A DNA stretch of 63,000 nt, counting the filler, from Reclinomonas americana ATCC 50394 (Eukaryota): NCBI GenBank assembly GCA_048213135.1. It is 15 parts of 15 records of this genome, joined end to end, with 100 filler letters (N's around TTAATTAATTAA, not from the genome) between each part and the next. Parts side by side here need not be neighbours in the genome. Positions count along the whole stretch, not along the records: positions 36,578 to 40,057 come from AFZH01017711.1; positions 40,158 to 44,061 come from AFZH01017712.1; positions 44,162 to 46,805 come from AFZH01017714.1; positions 46,906 to 49,857 come from AFZH01017715.1; positions 49,958 to 52,037 come from AFZH01017716.1; 10 more parts are not named here. One strand, 5' to 3'. The notes beneath the pieces were generated by a model. The model was not told where the DNA came from, searched no databases, and was given only the letters and a program-made list of their open reading frames with translations. This document shows, in pieces, positions 38,412-50,077 of the stretch. Every line of letters starts with the position of its first letter. Position 1 is the first letter of the stretch. The position numbers and the translations under genes are program-made.

Positions 38412-41400
38412 ATGATGGAGTCCGCGTCATTCCGTCCGTCCACACGGACAATGACCGACGCCATGCTGTTGGCGGCGGGTGGTCGCGATGTGTCTGATTT
38501 GGTCAGTGAGGCGACTTTGGTCGACTTCTTCTTTATCTTCTCTCACACATACATGTGTGTCTGCTGTCATCAGGACCGAGAGCACGCGCTGAACACGAGT
38601 GTGGAGAGCACACTCCATCGGGCGTTTGAGTTGCAGAGTCTGGAACAACTGCACTCGGCGTTAGAGTTGCGCTGAGTGCGTGTCTGTCTGCTCACAACAC
38701 ACTCTCTCACATACGTAAACACACAGCCTGTACAACGATGCCATTGAGTGTTTGAGCATGTCGGCTTCGTCGTTCCTCAACAAGTCGCCGTACAATGTCG
38801 GAGTGCAACCGGAGCAGGTGACTCTTGTTCTCTACAATCCTCCCCGCCCGCACTCCTTTGCACTCACGCGACGTGGTGTTAGCTCTCCTGCTCGTACTTT
38901 AACCGCGCGCTCATTCTGGACCGCTTGGGCAAGCCGCAGCCGGCTGAGAACGATTTGGATCTATCGATCCGATTCATCCCGTCGCAGGTCGCTGCGTACC
39001 TGTACCGTGCGTTTCTGCGGTTGCGTCGTGGAGCCGATGAGCTGTCGAAGCAAGACATTCAGCAAGCGTTGCATATGGATGGCGATCATGTTGGCGCCCT
39101 CAACATGTGGGCCATTTGGTGTCACCACTCGGACGCCAAGGAGCAGGCGATTGAGATTGCCACGCGCTCGATTGAGGTGGATGGTGGGCCCACGAACGTG
39201 CTGGCGTTTCTCATTCGCGGTGATTCGGTCAAGTTCTCCGGTCGTGTCGACCAGAAAATGTCGTTTGAGGACTACCGTACGGCTCGTCGTTTTGCTCCGG
39301 AAACCATCAAGCTGATTGGTCGTGGCTTTCGTGCGCACTCGACGACAGAGAACAAGATTGGTGCGTCGGACCGGTTTGTTTGTTGTTTACCCAGTCGGTT
39401 CCTCAAAATTGTTTGTCGGGCGCAGAGCACTTTGTTATTGTCGTTCGTTCGTACTTGCAAGGCTTGAAGGTGCCACCGATCCCGGGCTCCTTGTACCGCC
39501 CCGAGTACCCTCCACCTCTGGCTCCCATTCGAGAGCCAATATCACCGCCGTCGCCGCCACCTTTTGGTGCGTCGCAAGCCGTCAGTCCGGGTGTGCGGCG
39601 TTAGTTTCCACGTCTCAATTCATTCTCCACACACACACACGCACACTCACAGATCCACCACCATCGTCACCGCCGCCACCTCTGCCACCACCACCGATGC
39701 GAATGTCACCGCCGATTGTGGAGCGACAGGATGATGATGGAGCCGACATGGACCTGTCGTCTCTGTACGACAATCGCGTCGATCAGCGTCTCCGTTGGAA
39801 GGACGGAGAGTTTGATCGCGACTACCGGCGACCATGGGACGAGAATGCTGATCTCGGAGCGCACGAACCCAAGCGCATTCAGGCGTGTGTGTGTGTGTCG
39901 TCGCCACCTCTAGCGTCTCATGGATGCTGACTGCTACTACTACTGCGTGGCGCCTGTTGCAGATGTTTTATCCGTTCAAGCCAACAGGAACGCAGCGTCC
40001 GTACGATAAACCCTGGTTAACAGCGTCGCAACCGGCCCCACGATCCCGGTCGGTATCNNNNNNNNNNNNNNNNNNNNNNNNNNNNNNNNNNNNNNNNNNN
40101 NTTAATTAATTAANNNNNNNNNNNNNNNNNNNNNNNNNNNNNNNNNNNNNNNNNNNNATTGTCGAGCAACCGGAGACACTAGAGTTGTTGGAGGCGGCGC
40201 TGACTTTCGGCAGCCCCCGTTCAGCCCTGGCCAACGCCGACCACACCGCCGGAAATGCCACGGAGTTGCCTGCGCTCTCCTTGTGCTCGCCGCTTTCGAC
40301 GCGGATGCGTGTGTCGCAGATGCTTGGAGTCGTGTTGCCGCCGTCGTCGGCTCTTGTCAGTCCGCTCCAGTCCAAGAGACCATCAGCTACGCCCTCCACC
40401 ATGGTCACACCACGTGACTCGCGATCCGACGCCACCGCCGACGGTACCGCAACCGCCAATACCGGCGCCACACAGCCATTGAATGGTATGTGCGCGTCAA
40501 TGTGGTTGTCCCGAGTATTCTTCACTCGTACTTATTGCGTGCGTAGCAGGAACCATGTCGCCGAGGCGGTTCGATGCAACTGTAAAGGATACTGCGAGTG
40601 CCACGCGGTCGCCGAATCCACTACGCATGCATCGACCGCTGGTGAATCCGCCTCGCGAAGTTGACCCCGCAGCCACTCTCCTCCCGGTGTCGTCGCCCGA
40701 GCCCGTGCGACCCGCCTTTGCTTCCCCGCCACCCGTCAACAGCATGCCCGGCTCACCGTTGGGCAGCAATGGTCGCAAGTTGCTGCGGTTGCGCGTGTAC
40801 AAACCGGGTGAGCGTGAGCGAGTGGAGGCAGCTGAGGAATCGCTGGCGGCGTCGCGGCGAATTGCGGAGATTGATGTGAGCGACGCGACCGATGCCGAGT
40901 TGTCTGCCAACCGCCATATTGCCGGTGTGCGTGATATTCTCGGCTCTGTTCGCTCTCCGCCATCGGCCAGTGGCAGTCGATCTGTGCGCCTGTTCGATGG
41001 TTTGGCTCGCTCTTGTGTTTGTTTTATATTTGCATTCGAGGTTCGCGTCTCACGCAGGAGAGGGTGGTGCAGAGGACGGAGGGTCGGCAGCCTCTGACTT
41101 TGACAAGAACGAACTGCGCGAATCGAACCGCAATCGATTCCGTGGCAAGGAGCGACTGGCTCGCAGCGCTGCTACCGTGCGCCATACGGCTCTCGTGGAA
41201 ACCGAGATGCCCGACGGGGTGGAGGCGCCGGGTTGGGAGTGGTGGCGTGAGGAGAACGTGCGGAGCCCGTCGCCGGTGAGCAGTGCATTCTTCGGTGTGT
41301 GTGTGTGTGTGTGTTTGTGTGTGCGTCAATCTAATTGTCGTACGCGTGTCGCAGCTTCCGCCGCGACCACAGTTGCCGCCGTACGTCGACATGACTGGTG

Positions 41401-42049
41401 TGTACTCGACCTACAACACGATTGAGAAGGTGCCAGTGCGTTTGGCCGACCAGGATACGCCGCTGTCACCGCGTCGGCGGTGGCCCGATCTTGCCAACGT
41501 GCCTCCGCTGCTGGCAAAGACATCTGGCACCGTCATGGACGACACAGACGACATGGTGAAGGACTTTGAGGACCGCGGATCGCCGACGAGTCGCAGTGCC
41601 GGCGGCAGTCGGCCGCATACGCGAGAGCAGTCGGTAACCGTGCCGCGATTGGACGTGTCTGCGGTTGCCGGGTACCGTGGACACATGGTGTCCACTGACC
41701 GTGCTGCTGCCGCCGCCGCCAGCGCACGGTCCCTCAACACCTGGCGCTCGTCGACCATCCAGCCAGCGCCGTCACTGTCGGCTCGCAGTGAGAAACCAAA
41801 GGTCAAGAAACCGCCAAAGTCTCGGTATGTGCTTGCTGCGTTTGTTGTGTTCGCGTTTCCTGTGGAACACTGCTCAAAACCTCGGTGCCCGTGTGCAGAC
41901 GCAAGACTCATGTCAGCAGCCGGCTGTACAATTTTGCACAGCCGACCGAGGCCAGCAACTACGAGGTCGACAAGTTCATTCGTCGCTCACGCAAGTCCAC
42001 CATGAATTTGATCGTGTCACCTCGCGGATCAGCTGTGCCACCCCGATAA
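38412..42049 (+). CDS. TPR-repeat protein with a long disordered C-terminal region (assumed continuous across the gap at 40058-40157)
   Basis: SYFNRALILDRLGKPQPAENDLDLSIRFIP; AYLYRAFLRL; LAFLIRGD...EDYRTARRFAP; downstream S/P/R-rich exons on the same strand end in TAA at 42047-42049. Confidence 0.6.
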
Positions 42050-42161
42050 ATGACGACCTCGGTGGTCAGCACGACTGGTGAACGTCTCTCTCAAACAAAT
42101 ACACGATAATTTCTGTTTTGCTGAAGATGCCCCGTCGACACGCGCCAATGTCATCCTATCA

Positions 42162-43862
42162 TCAGCTGACGTTGAAGGGCTTTTTCAACAGCAGTCGCCG
42201 CTGTGCGCAGTGTGTGAGCACGATGGAGAACGTGCGGCAACAATCCATGCAGAACGAACCCGCGAAGAGCTCTTCCATACGTGCGAGTCGGTGAGATAGG
42301 CAGAGGCGGCGGGCATAATGGCACTGAGCTTGATGTCGTCGGGAATCAAATTGCAGACCGCCGCACGACCCAGGCACTGCTTCGACAGGTGCGGATAGCT
42401 GACGCAGCGGAAGAATGCACTCGCCCACTGCTCCAGCAGCTCCGCCACAGAGGAGGAGGAAGAAGAAGAAGAGGAGGACGGTGGCGCGGGCGACGACGAT
42501 GACGAGGGCACAGCTGGAGGAGGAAATAGGTTAGTTGGGGGGGGTGGGGGAGGAGACTGAGACGGAGGATGAGTAATGCACACGAAACATGCTGCACTGG
42601 CGGCCGCCGTCGCCGACGCTGACTTTCGCGGTCCAGGTGAGGCCGACGCGCGCTTTGATGGCGTGGCATCCTTCTTGCCAGTCGACTGCTCGCTCTTGCC
42701 GGCCGCGGATCGCGTCAGTGACATTACTCTCTCCACAAAATAGTACACCTGCATCGTCGCGGGCGTGGGCAAGACATCGCAATAACGAAGCGCACCACAG
42801 AATGGTCACACTGCGAACCACATCCTCATTCGCCACGGCCAGCTCCGCACTCGCCAGCACCCGACAAAACTTCTCCAGCGAGGTAGCCGCCATCAGGTCA
42901 CTCAGCATTGCGTCGGAGATCTCGGCTGGTGGGTGGTGAATCAGCAGCGTTGTGGCCGCGGCCATGGTCTCGTCAGAGCCGTGTGAACTCTGTTCCGCCA
43001 GCCACAGGTGAGCGACCGTCACAACACGCAAACTCAAAGCAAGACCAACCTGCTTGAACATGATTGCCACATCCTCCGCGCTCGGGCGCAACGCCACCGT
43101 GTTGATGATTTCGCCAAGCAGCTTCTCACTCAACTTGCGCATGAGCAGAAAATCGGCAATGAAGGTGAGGAGCACCAGGTCGCGTCGATTGTAAGAAATG
43201 ATGCCTGCACATTGACAAGTGAGTGTGTGTATGAGAGAGAGAGAGAGACAAATCGTGTGAGCACGCACCAGTGTACATGTAGCGAAGTACGTCGGGAAAC
43301 AGCCGCTCGCAATCCTTGTGTGGCATCTCCATCGACATGCCGTTTGGCACCTCAGCAAATCGCGCTTTTGACGGCTGCAACTCAGAGGAGTGAGAGCCAC
43401 CACCACGACAACTGGAACTCGCCGCGGAGCGACGCGACGCAACTCCCAGAATCATGTTGAAGTAGGCGGAGAAGAAATCCGAGTGCGCCAGAAGAATGAA
43501 GCGATGGGTTGCGTAGTCCTTGCCGGCAACTGTCAGTTCAAAGTCGCTCAACGCTGAAGAGGAGTAGTTAGCGCGGTGCCAGAAAAAGAAAAGAAGGCGA
43601 ATGAGTAGGGCACCTGCCGAGTCCAACAGCGCGGAAAAGTCGAGTTGCTGGATGCGTTGACCAATCACACTGCGTGGCTCCACTGAACTCGAGCCGGGAC
43701 CTGTCGTCACACGCGACATGTGAGTCACATTACACCAAAGAAATATTGCTACGATTACGCTCTTCACCAACAGAGTCGACAGGCAAGCCGAGTGCTCTCA
43801 TGCGCGCCACCTCAAAAGGCTCATTGACAATGCACTGAATCCAGAAGCCGAGCTCGGCCTGC
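42162..43862 (-). CDS. BTB/POZ-BACK protein, possibly preceded by a PH domain (5' incomplete)
   Basis: LSDFELTVAGKDYATHRFILLAHSDFFSAYF...FPDVLRYMYTG.I...LTFIADFLLMRKL; LASAELAVANED; upstream ELGFWIQCI resembles a PH terminal helix. Confidence 0.8.
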
Positions 43863-44161
43863 GTGTCGTGGAAAAGGCAAAGTGGGTGAGAAGGAGAGAG
43901 AGAGAGAAGGAGAGAAGGGAGAGAGAAGAGAAGGGGGGGAAGAGATGAGAAGAGATGAGAAGAGAGAGAGAAGAGAAGAGAAGAGATGAGAGCAGAAGAC
44001 GAAGAGAAGCTCACAAACTCTCTCTCTCATTCTCTCTTACCTCGATTCATCTCTCCCTCCCNNNNNNNNNNNNNNNNNNNNNNNNNNNNNNNNNNNNNNN
44101 NNNNNTTAATTAATTAANNNNNNNNNNNNNNNNNNNNNNNNNNNNNNNNNNNNNNNNNNNN

Positions 44162-46202
44162 GCTCTTTTCCTTGCAGTCATCCGTGGCCGATTCGTCGAG
44201 ATTAACATGTTGCGTTTGTGCGTGTTGTGATTGTCTGTTTATTGTGTTGACTGGTGTTCTCACACGTCTGTCTGTGTGTACGCGCGCGCAGCGAGTACCG
44301 TGCACTCGGCGTACATGACGGGCACGAACCCTGTGGGCGACGAGGAGCTGTGGAGACCCGTGAAGAGGTACCCGGCATTGCCGCCGGGTGGAATCCCGCG
44401 GCCTCTGTTGGTGCACGAGCGAAAATGGCAGCGGTGAGAGAAGAAGCTCTCTTTTTATGTAAAGTGCAGAAGAGCAGCAGGTGGGCACTGACGCTGCGAT
44501 CTGTTAGGTTTTGGATGGAGTTTGTGCCCATTTTCGCGGTATTGTTCTTGCCTTGCTTGTCGCTTGCTTGCTTGGTTCAGCTTCTGACTTTGTGGTGTGC
44601 AGGGACTGAGTGTTTTCATTGCGCTGGCCACGTACTATATCATTGGCTTTGTCAATTCGCAGGATAATCCCGTGTGGCAACTCGAGGTGTGTGCCTTTCC
44701 GAAAGGCGGCGCACATGCTCTCTTTCTCATCTGCTTCCCTGCCGTGCAGACAACTCGGTTGAAGAACATTTCTTTTCCTTCGTTTCGTCGTCATCGTTTT
44801 GGTGCCGAGTTGCCTGCTGGATGAGGGAGAGAGAGACTGACGGTGTTCGTCGACAGAGCACTCATGTGCGCCCTGGGAGAGCCGACCAGCACCGGCTGCT
44901 TTTTCCAGGGAGCGCCCGTGGACCACTGCGCCACGCCACAGTTTGTGTGGAATCAATATGAGGCCAATGTCAGGTTTCAATGGTGAGTAACACATGCCGG
45001 AACCGCATGCAGCAGGAGTGCTTCCGTCGCAGTGCTGACAGGCGTTACGTCTCTCTCTCTTCCCTCTATCTCTCCCTCTTCTCCCTCCCTCTCTCTGCGC
45101 AAAGGACCTGTTGGGTGGTGAACCCGCTCGGATCCATCTCTGCTGGAACAGAAAACGACGAAATCACCAAGGGCCTCCTGTCCATGGAGGTGTCGGGTCT
45201 CTCCAACACTCTTGTCGGTTTGTGCGATCCGTTCTTTGCTTGTCATTCTTGATCCAGAGGCATTCACTGCTGGTCTGTGCGCAGTGTACAACACGTTCCA
45301 GCGCAACCCCAATCTCAACTTGAATGCTGTCTACGATGTGCGTCGTGCTGCTCCCCCCTCTCCAATCAGCGCATTCACTCACCACCTCGTCCCGGGTGCA
45401 ACAGGCTGCGGCCAATGGAGCCACGGTGCGGCGCGTTCTTGTCCACACTGCACAACGTAGTCCCTGCATTCATCAGTTTTTGGTTTCCATGTTTAGGGTC
45501 TCGAGTTGGTGGCCTTGCTCGCCAAGACGAGCATGTCATTCACACAATACTTCCCCGAGGTCGGCGTGCTGACGCGCATTCGCCTCCAAGCCAACATGTA
45601 CTCCTTCCTCAACTCCACCAACGATTACATCTATTACTATGGTGCGCGCTCGGTACTCCTCTCGGCCTCGTGGAATGTCAGTCACTCACTGCCCCACTGT
45701 CCACGCAGGCATCCCAAACACCATTTCGCACAGCTTTGACTCGGCGTCGACCATTGTCAGTCTCGAATTCGACACGGCACAGGTACGCGCGACCATGCAG
45801 ACTGACTCTCTGTCACTCTCCAGTCTGCTCACACGCTGTCCCCAGTTGCTCGACTACAAAGAGGCACATGCCGTCAGTTTTCTCAATCTTGCAGCCAATC
45901 TTGTGCGTCTCTGTGCTAGTGCGCACTGTCTGTTCTCCGTCTCACGTGTTGCGATTAGTTCTTGTCCACTGGTGGCGCCATGTCGGTGATTCGTATGGTT
46001 CACTATATCGGCAAGTGGATTGTACACTATCGCAGACGACGATGCTTGACTCGGCTTCGCGAAAGTGGTACACCTGTGTCCCGTCATCGCTGTGCGCATC
46101 CACGTAAATCCCCTCATCTCATTCTCTCTCAACACAGACACGATGCATCAACCATTACTCGGCATGGACAATGAAACCAATGGCAAGGAGGCAACTGAAT
46201 AA
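44162..46202 (+). CDS. Two-TM protein with a beta-rich ectodomain, DEG/ENaC- or PAC(TMEM206)-like channel (5' incomplete)
   Basis: TM1 FVPIFAGLSVFIALATYYIIGFV, then NPVWQLETTRLKNISFPSALMC (cf. FPAVTxC); IVSLEFDTAQLLDYKE precedes TM2 SFLNLAANLFLSTGGAMSVI; TAA at 46200-46202. Confidence 0.5.
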
Positions 46203-46242
46203 AAACGACCAAACACCTCCTCTATTGTATGTATCACTGAAT

Positions 46243-49200
46243 TTAAAGCTCCTCGTCAAACACAGCCGCATTGTCGGCGTCAAAGTCGGCGTCGATTGCA
46301 GTGGCATGCAGCATCGCATACGTCAACTGCCGCCGCAGGATCTCTGCACTCGTATACCGGGGCAGATCAATGGAGAAGAAGCACGTGTGGCTGCATGCGA
46401 GTCGTGCAAGTGAGAGGCGTGACACGCTACAACGTACACGACCGCACTGCCGCACGCACCTCACAGGCAGGAATGTGTCGGGATCGCCAGACGCATGCAT
46501 CTGCTGCAGCGACATGCTGTCGGGGAAGTCGTCGGCATTTCGCGGCAGTCGACTTCGGCCCCATGCAAACCTGAATAGGTGATGCCGTGCGTGAGACGCC
46601 ACCACCACACACACACGCGCACACGCACACACAGATATGCGTGCGAACGTACTTGAGGAACTGGGAACGCTCTTGCTGATCAAACTTCTCCATCACCTCC
46701 CAAAAGTACTGCACACGATGCGTCAGGTAGGTTCACACACCAGCAAACGCAGACAGGAAAAAATACACTCACCCGAATCACTGGATCGTCAGCACTGTAC
46801 AGCAGNNNNNNNNNNNNNNNNNNNNNNNNNNNNNNNNNNNNNNNNNNNNTTAATTAATTAANNNNNNNNNNNNNNNNNNNNNNNNNNNNNNNNNNNNNNN
46901 NNNNNCAACGACACAATGTAGCAATCGATGCCGTCAAGATCCTCCATGGTCGGCTCCTCGCCCATCTGCACATATTTATACACACACATGAGAACGTGTG
47001 AGAGGAATTATTATTCCTCATGCAGTCGGTCGCAACGATCTGACGCCAGGTGAAGGACGGTAGGTTGAGCGCAATCGGACTCCTGGTATGCAACGCCATG
47101 CCGATCAACTTGCCGACAAATTTGTACAGCTCCAGCATCCACTCCGAGCGCGCTGTGCGGCACGCCACACACAGTGTGAGCAACATTAGATCTAACAAGG
47201 TTTGATCGCACAAACGGACCAGAAGGGTTAAGAATGCGCTTGTCTCTGTTGATGCCGCTGTCGCAGATGCCATTCGGACACTGCCCCGACGAGAACGCAA
47301 TCAGCGCATGTACCCAACGAAAACCCCACCCACATTCACACACACACACACACACACATGCCTTGATGAACAGTGGAAGCACATCCGACATCATCTCCGT
47401 CACCATCTCGCTGACACTCTCCGAGTACGGTCCACCAGCATCCTGCAGTACAACGTGAGTCAGCTGTGCGGTCGAGGTGTTCGCAATACATAAATACACA
47501 CCGTGCTGCCTTCGCCGAGGAAGCTGACAGAGTAGCACTGATGTACGAATGCACAGATGACAACAGAAAATGAGACAAGCCAGCTGCGCTGTAGTTTGCG
47601 TGCACGCCGAGACGCACCTGCGTGGCAGACCACAGACGACGAGAGTCCAGATAGCGCAAGGCGACAGCAATCTGCCCGGTAAGTGTTCGCTTGAACAGTG
47701 GATCGCATCCTGGGTCTGCGCAACATATTGGTGGTGACTGTCAGAATGCGCGCACACCAGGTCCTGCCCCGCACTCTCCGCCGAAACTTTCGCGCGCGCG
47801 CTGTGCCGCCACTCGATTGACAGTAATGGTGCACGCATAGTCGTTCTGCAGCGGCGACAGCACACTCTTCATGTGATCATTCTTGCACTCCAGCGACACC
47901 AGAGACTGTCATTGCGAGTCAACACGTCTGAGCGCCGAAGGACAGACACTCGCGCGCACATCACTTACCCGCAGGGTCACAAGTGACTGAGCAAAGCACG
48001 CAGTGCTGTCGCGACTGCGATCGAGGTCGGCATACGCGATACTGTTTTTCACCCACGAGTTGAACAGAGCCACCAAGCCGAGGCGAGCACGCAGCAGTGG
48101 CAAAGGCTGTAATGACAGCTTGGGGAACTTGCTCAACACAGATGTGTCGGGGCAAAAGGCTGGAGACGACACGGTCTCCAACATGTCGCGCTGCTCGGTG
48201 ACGACGTACACACAGCGCGTTACAATTTCCCACACGAATGAATTCACACTTCGTGAGCACCGCACACACCTTGGCGTGTTGGCTGAGAGCGTCAATGAGT
48301 GCCGCCACTTCGACGTCCCGATCTCCGCTCCAGTCCTCCGGTGGCGCACACACCAGGTGCCTCAGCTGCGCTCGACTTGTTGGGTCCATGTCCGCCTGCT
48401 CGCACCAACAACTCAGTTCGCCGGGCGGCGCACCCAAAACACGCCCTCGGTCGCAAACACACACACACACACCACTTGCTCGCCGGTACCAGAGTTGGCC
48501 GCTTGCAGCTGCTTCGTCAAAGCATGTGTCGGCGGGTAGCCAGTAGCGCTAAAGTAGAAGAGTTGAAGTGAACCCCTGGTTGACCTCGTGTCGATGATCT
48601 CTGCATTGGGAGTCAGACACACACAGTACACGCCTGTTGAACACCGCACGCACGACGCAACTGAATGCGAGCCAGCGCACAAGTCGCGGTTTGTCGAGCA
48701 CAAAAGTGTGCCGTAGCATTGGCATTTCTGCAAACGCTAGCGGTTTCCACGCATGACCCTACACGTGTGCGTACGAGAGTGAGGAGGGAGGAGTGCACGG
48801 ACGGAATTCAAGTGATACACACAATCTCACCGATTCCAGTGCTGTCTGTGACATGGACGCAAAGGTCTCGGCTGAATCACAATCATCGAAAACTGACTCT
48901 TGTGCCGTGGGCAGTTTCTCTGTGCACACACATGAGCACCCACACGTTTTTGCAGCACTGGCTCTCGAATTCTCTCCCTCGCACCGTCGTCGCTGTACAG
49001 GAGCACAACATGGCGGTACGGCGCACGTGAACCGCCGCGTACAGTCACCGTATCAACGCGGAATAACGGACTCTGTGGCGACCTGTACGCACAAACGAGC
49101 AGTGAGGTGAATGACACTCACGGAGGCTCGGGAGGGAAAGAGTCCACACACCGCGAACTGTACTCCAGTCCACCAGAGATTACATCGAGACCGAACACAC

Positions 49201-49857
49201 TGCACACAAAAAGGGAAAGCGAGCGAGGGCAGTGAGTGAAAAGCATCAAAAAATGCACCTCCCAGTGTGCTGGCTGGCGAACGCACGATGTCACTGCCAG
49301 AAAGAGTCCAAATGAGATCAACTACAAGTAAGATGAAGACATCACAACAATTGAAACACACACACCATTTGCCATTTCTGTGCAACGACGGGAACAAAGT
49401 GAGTTTGTCGTGGTGCCGCAGGGAGAGAAAGAAGAAGACGAAGAAAAATGGACATACCGTCAAAGTCGTGGCATGAGGTGTTGTCGTCAGTCATGCAGCA
49501 CTCGGTATAGTAATCGAGCGAGTCATCAGAGCTGGCATACGGATGCAGGGTCAAAACGGGTGCCGCTGCACAGTTGTCGTAGGAGAGAAAAAATGAGTCG
49601 GCAGCGCAGCGCATGACACACAAACACATGCGCGAACGCCAGCACGTACTGTTCCACATTGCAGACGACACATCCATGCCGATTGCCGGCGGCAGACTTG
49701 CACTGCGTTTCCACGCCTCGGCAAACTGAACAAGCGAGAGGGCAGAGCTGAACCATGTCGGACCCGAGATATCCAACACGGACGGCACGGCCATGGGCAA
49801 GTAGCCGTCGGGGAGCGAGCTACGTGGCATAAATCCATGTGGAGTCCATGAGATATA
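46243..49857 (-). CDS. HECT E3 ubiquitin ligase, HERC1/2-type HECT domain (5' incomplete; spans the gap at 46806)
   Basis: FLGEGSTDAGGPYSES, LPLFIKCPNG, FVGKLIGMAL, YFWEVMEKF..QERSQFLKFAWGRSRLP, LP.SHTCFFSIDLPRYTS...IDAD. Confidence 0.92.
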
Positions 49858-50077
49858 NNNNNNNNNNNNNNNNNNNNNNNNNNNNNNNNNNNNNNNNNNN
49901 NTTAATTAATTAANNNNNNNNNNNNNNNNNNNNNNNNNNNNNNNNNNNNNNNNNNNNGGTTGCTTATGAGTTCAGCGCACTTGTCGCATTCCCTCCTTTC
50001 CCTTCCTTCCTCCTCCTCCCTCCCTCCTTCGCTCCTCACCCTTCCCCTCCTCCTTCTCCCTTCCTTCACTCACCTAG

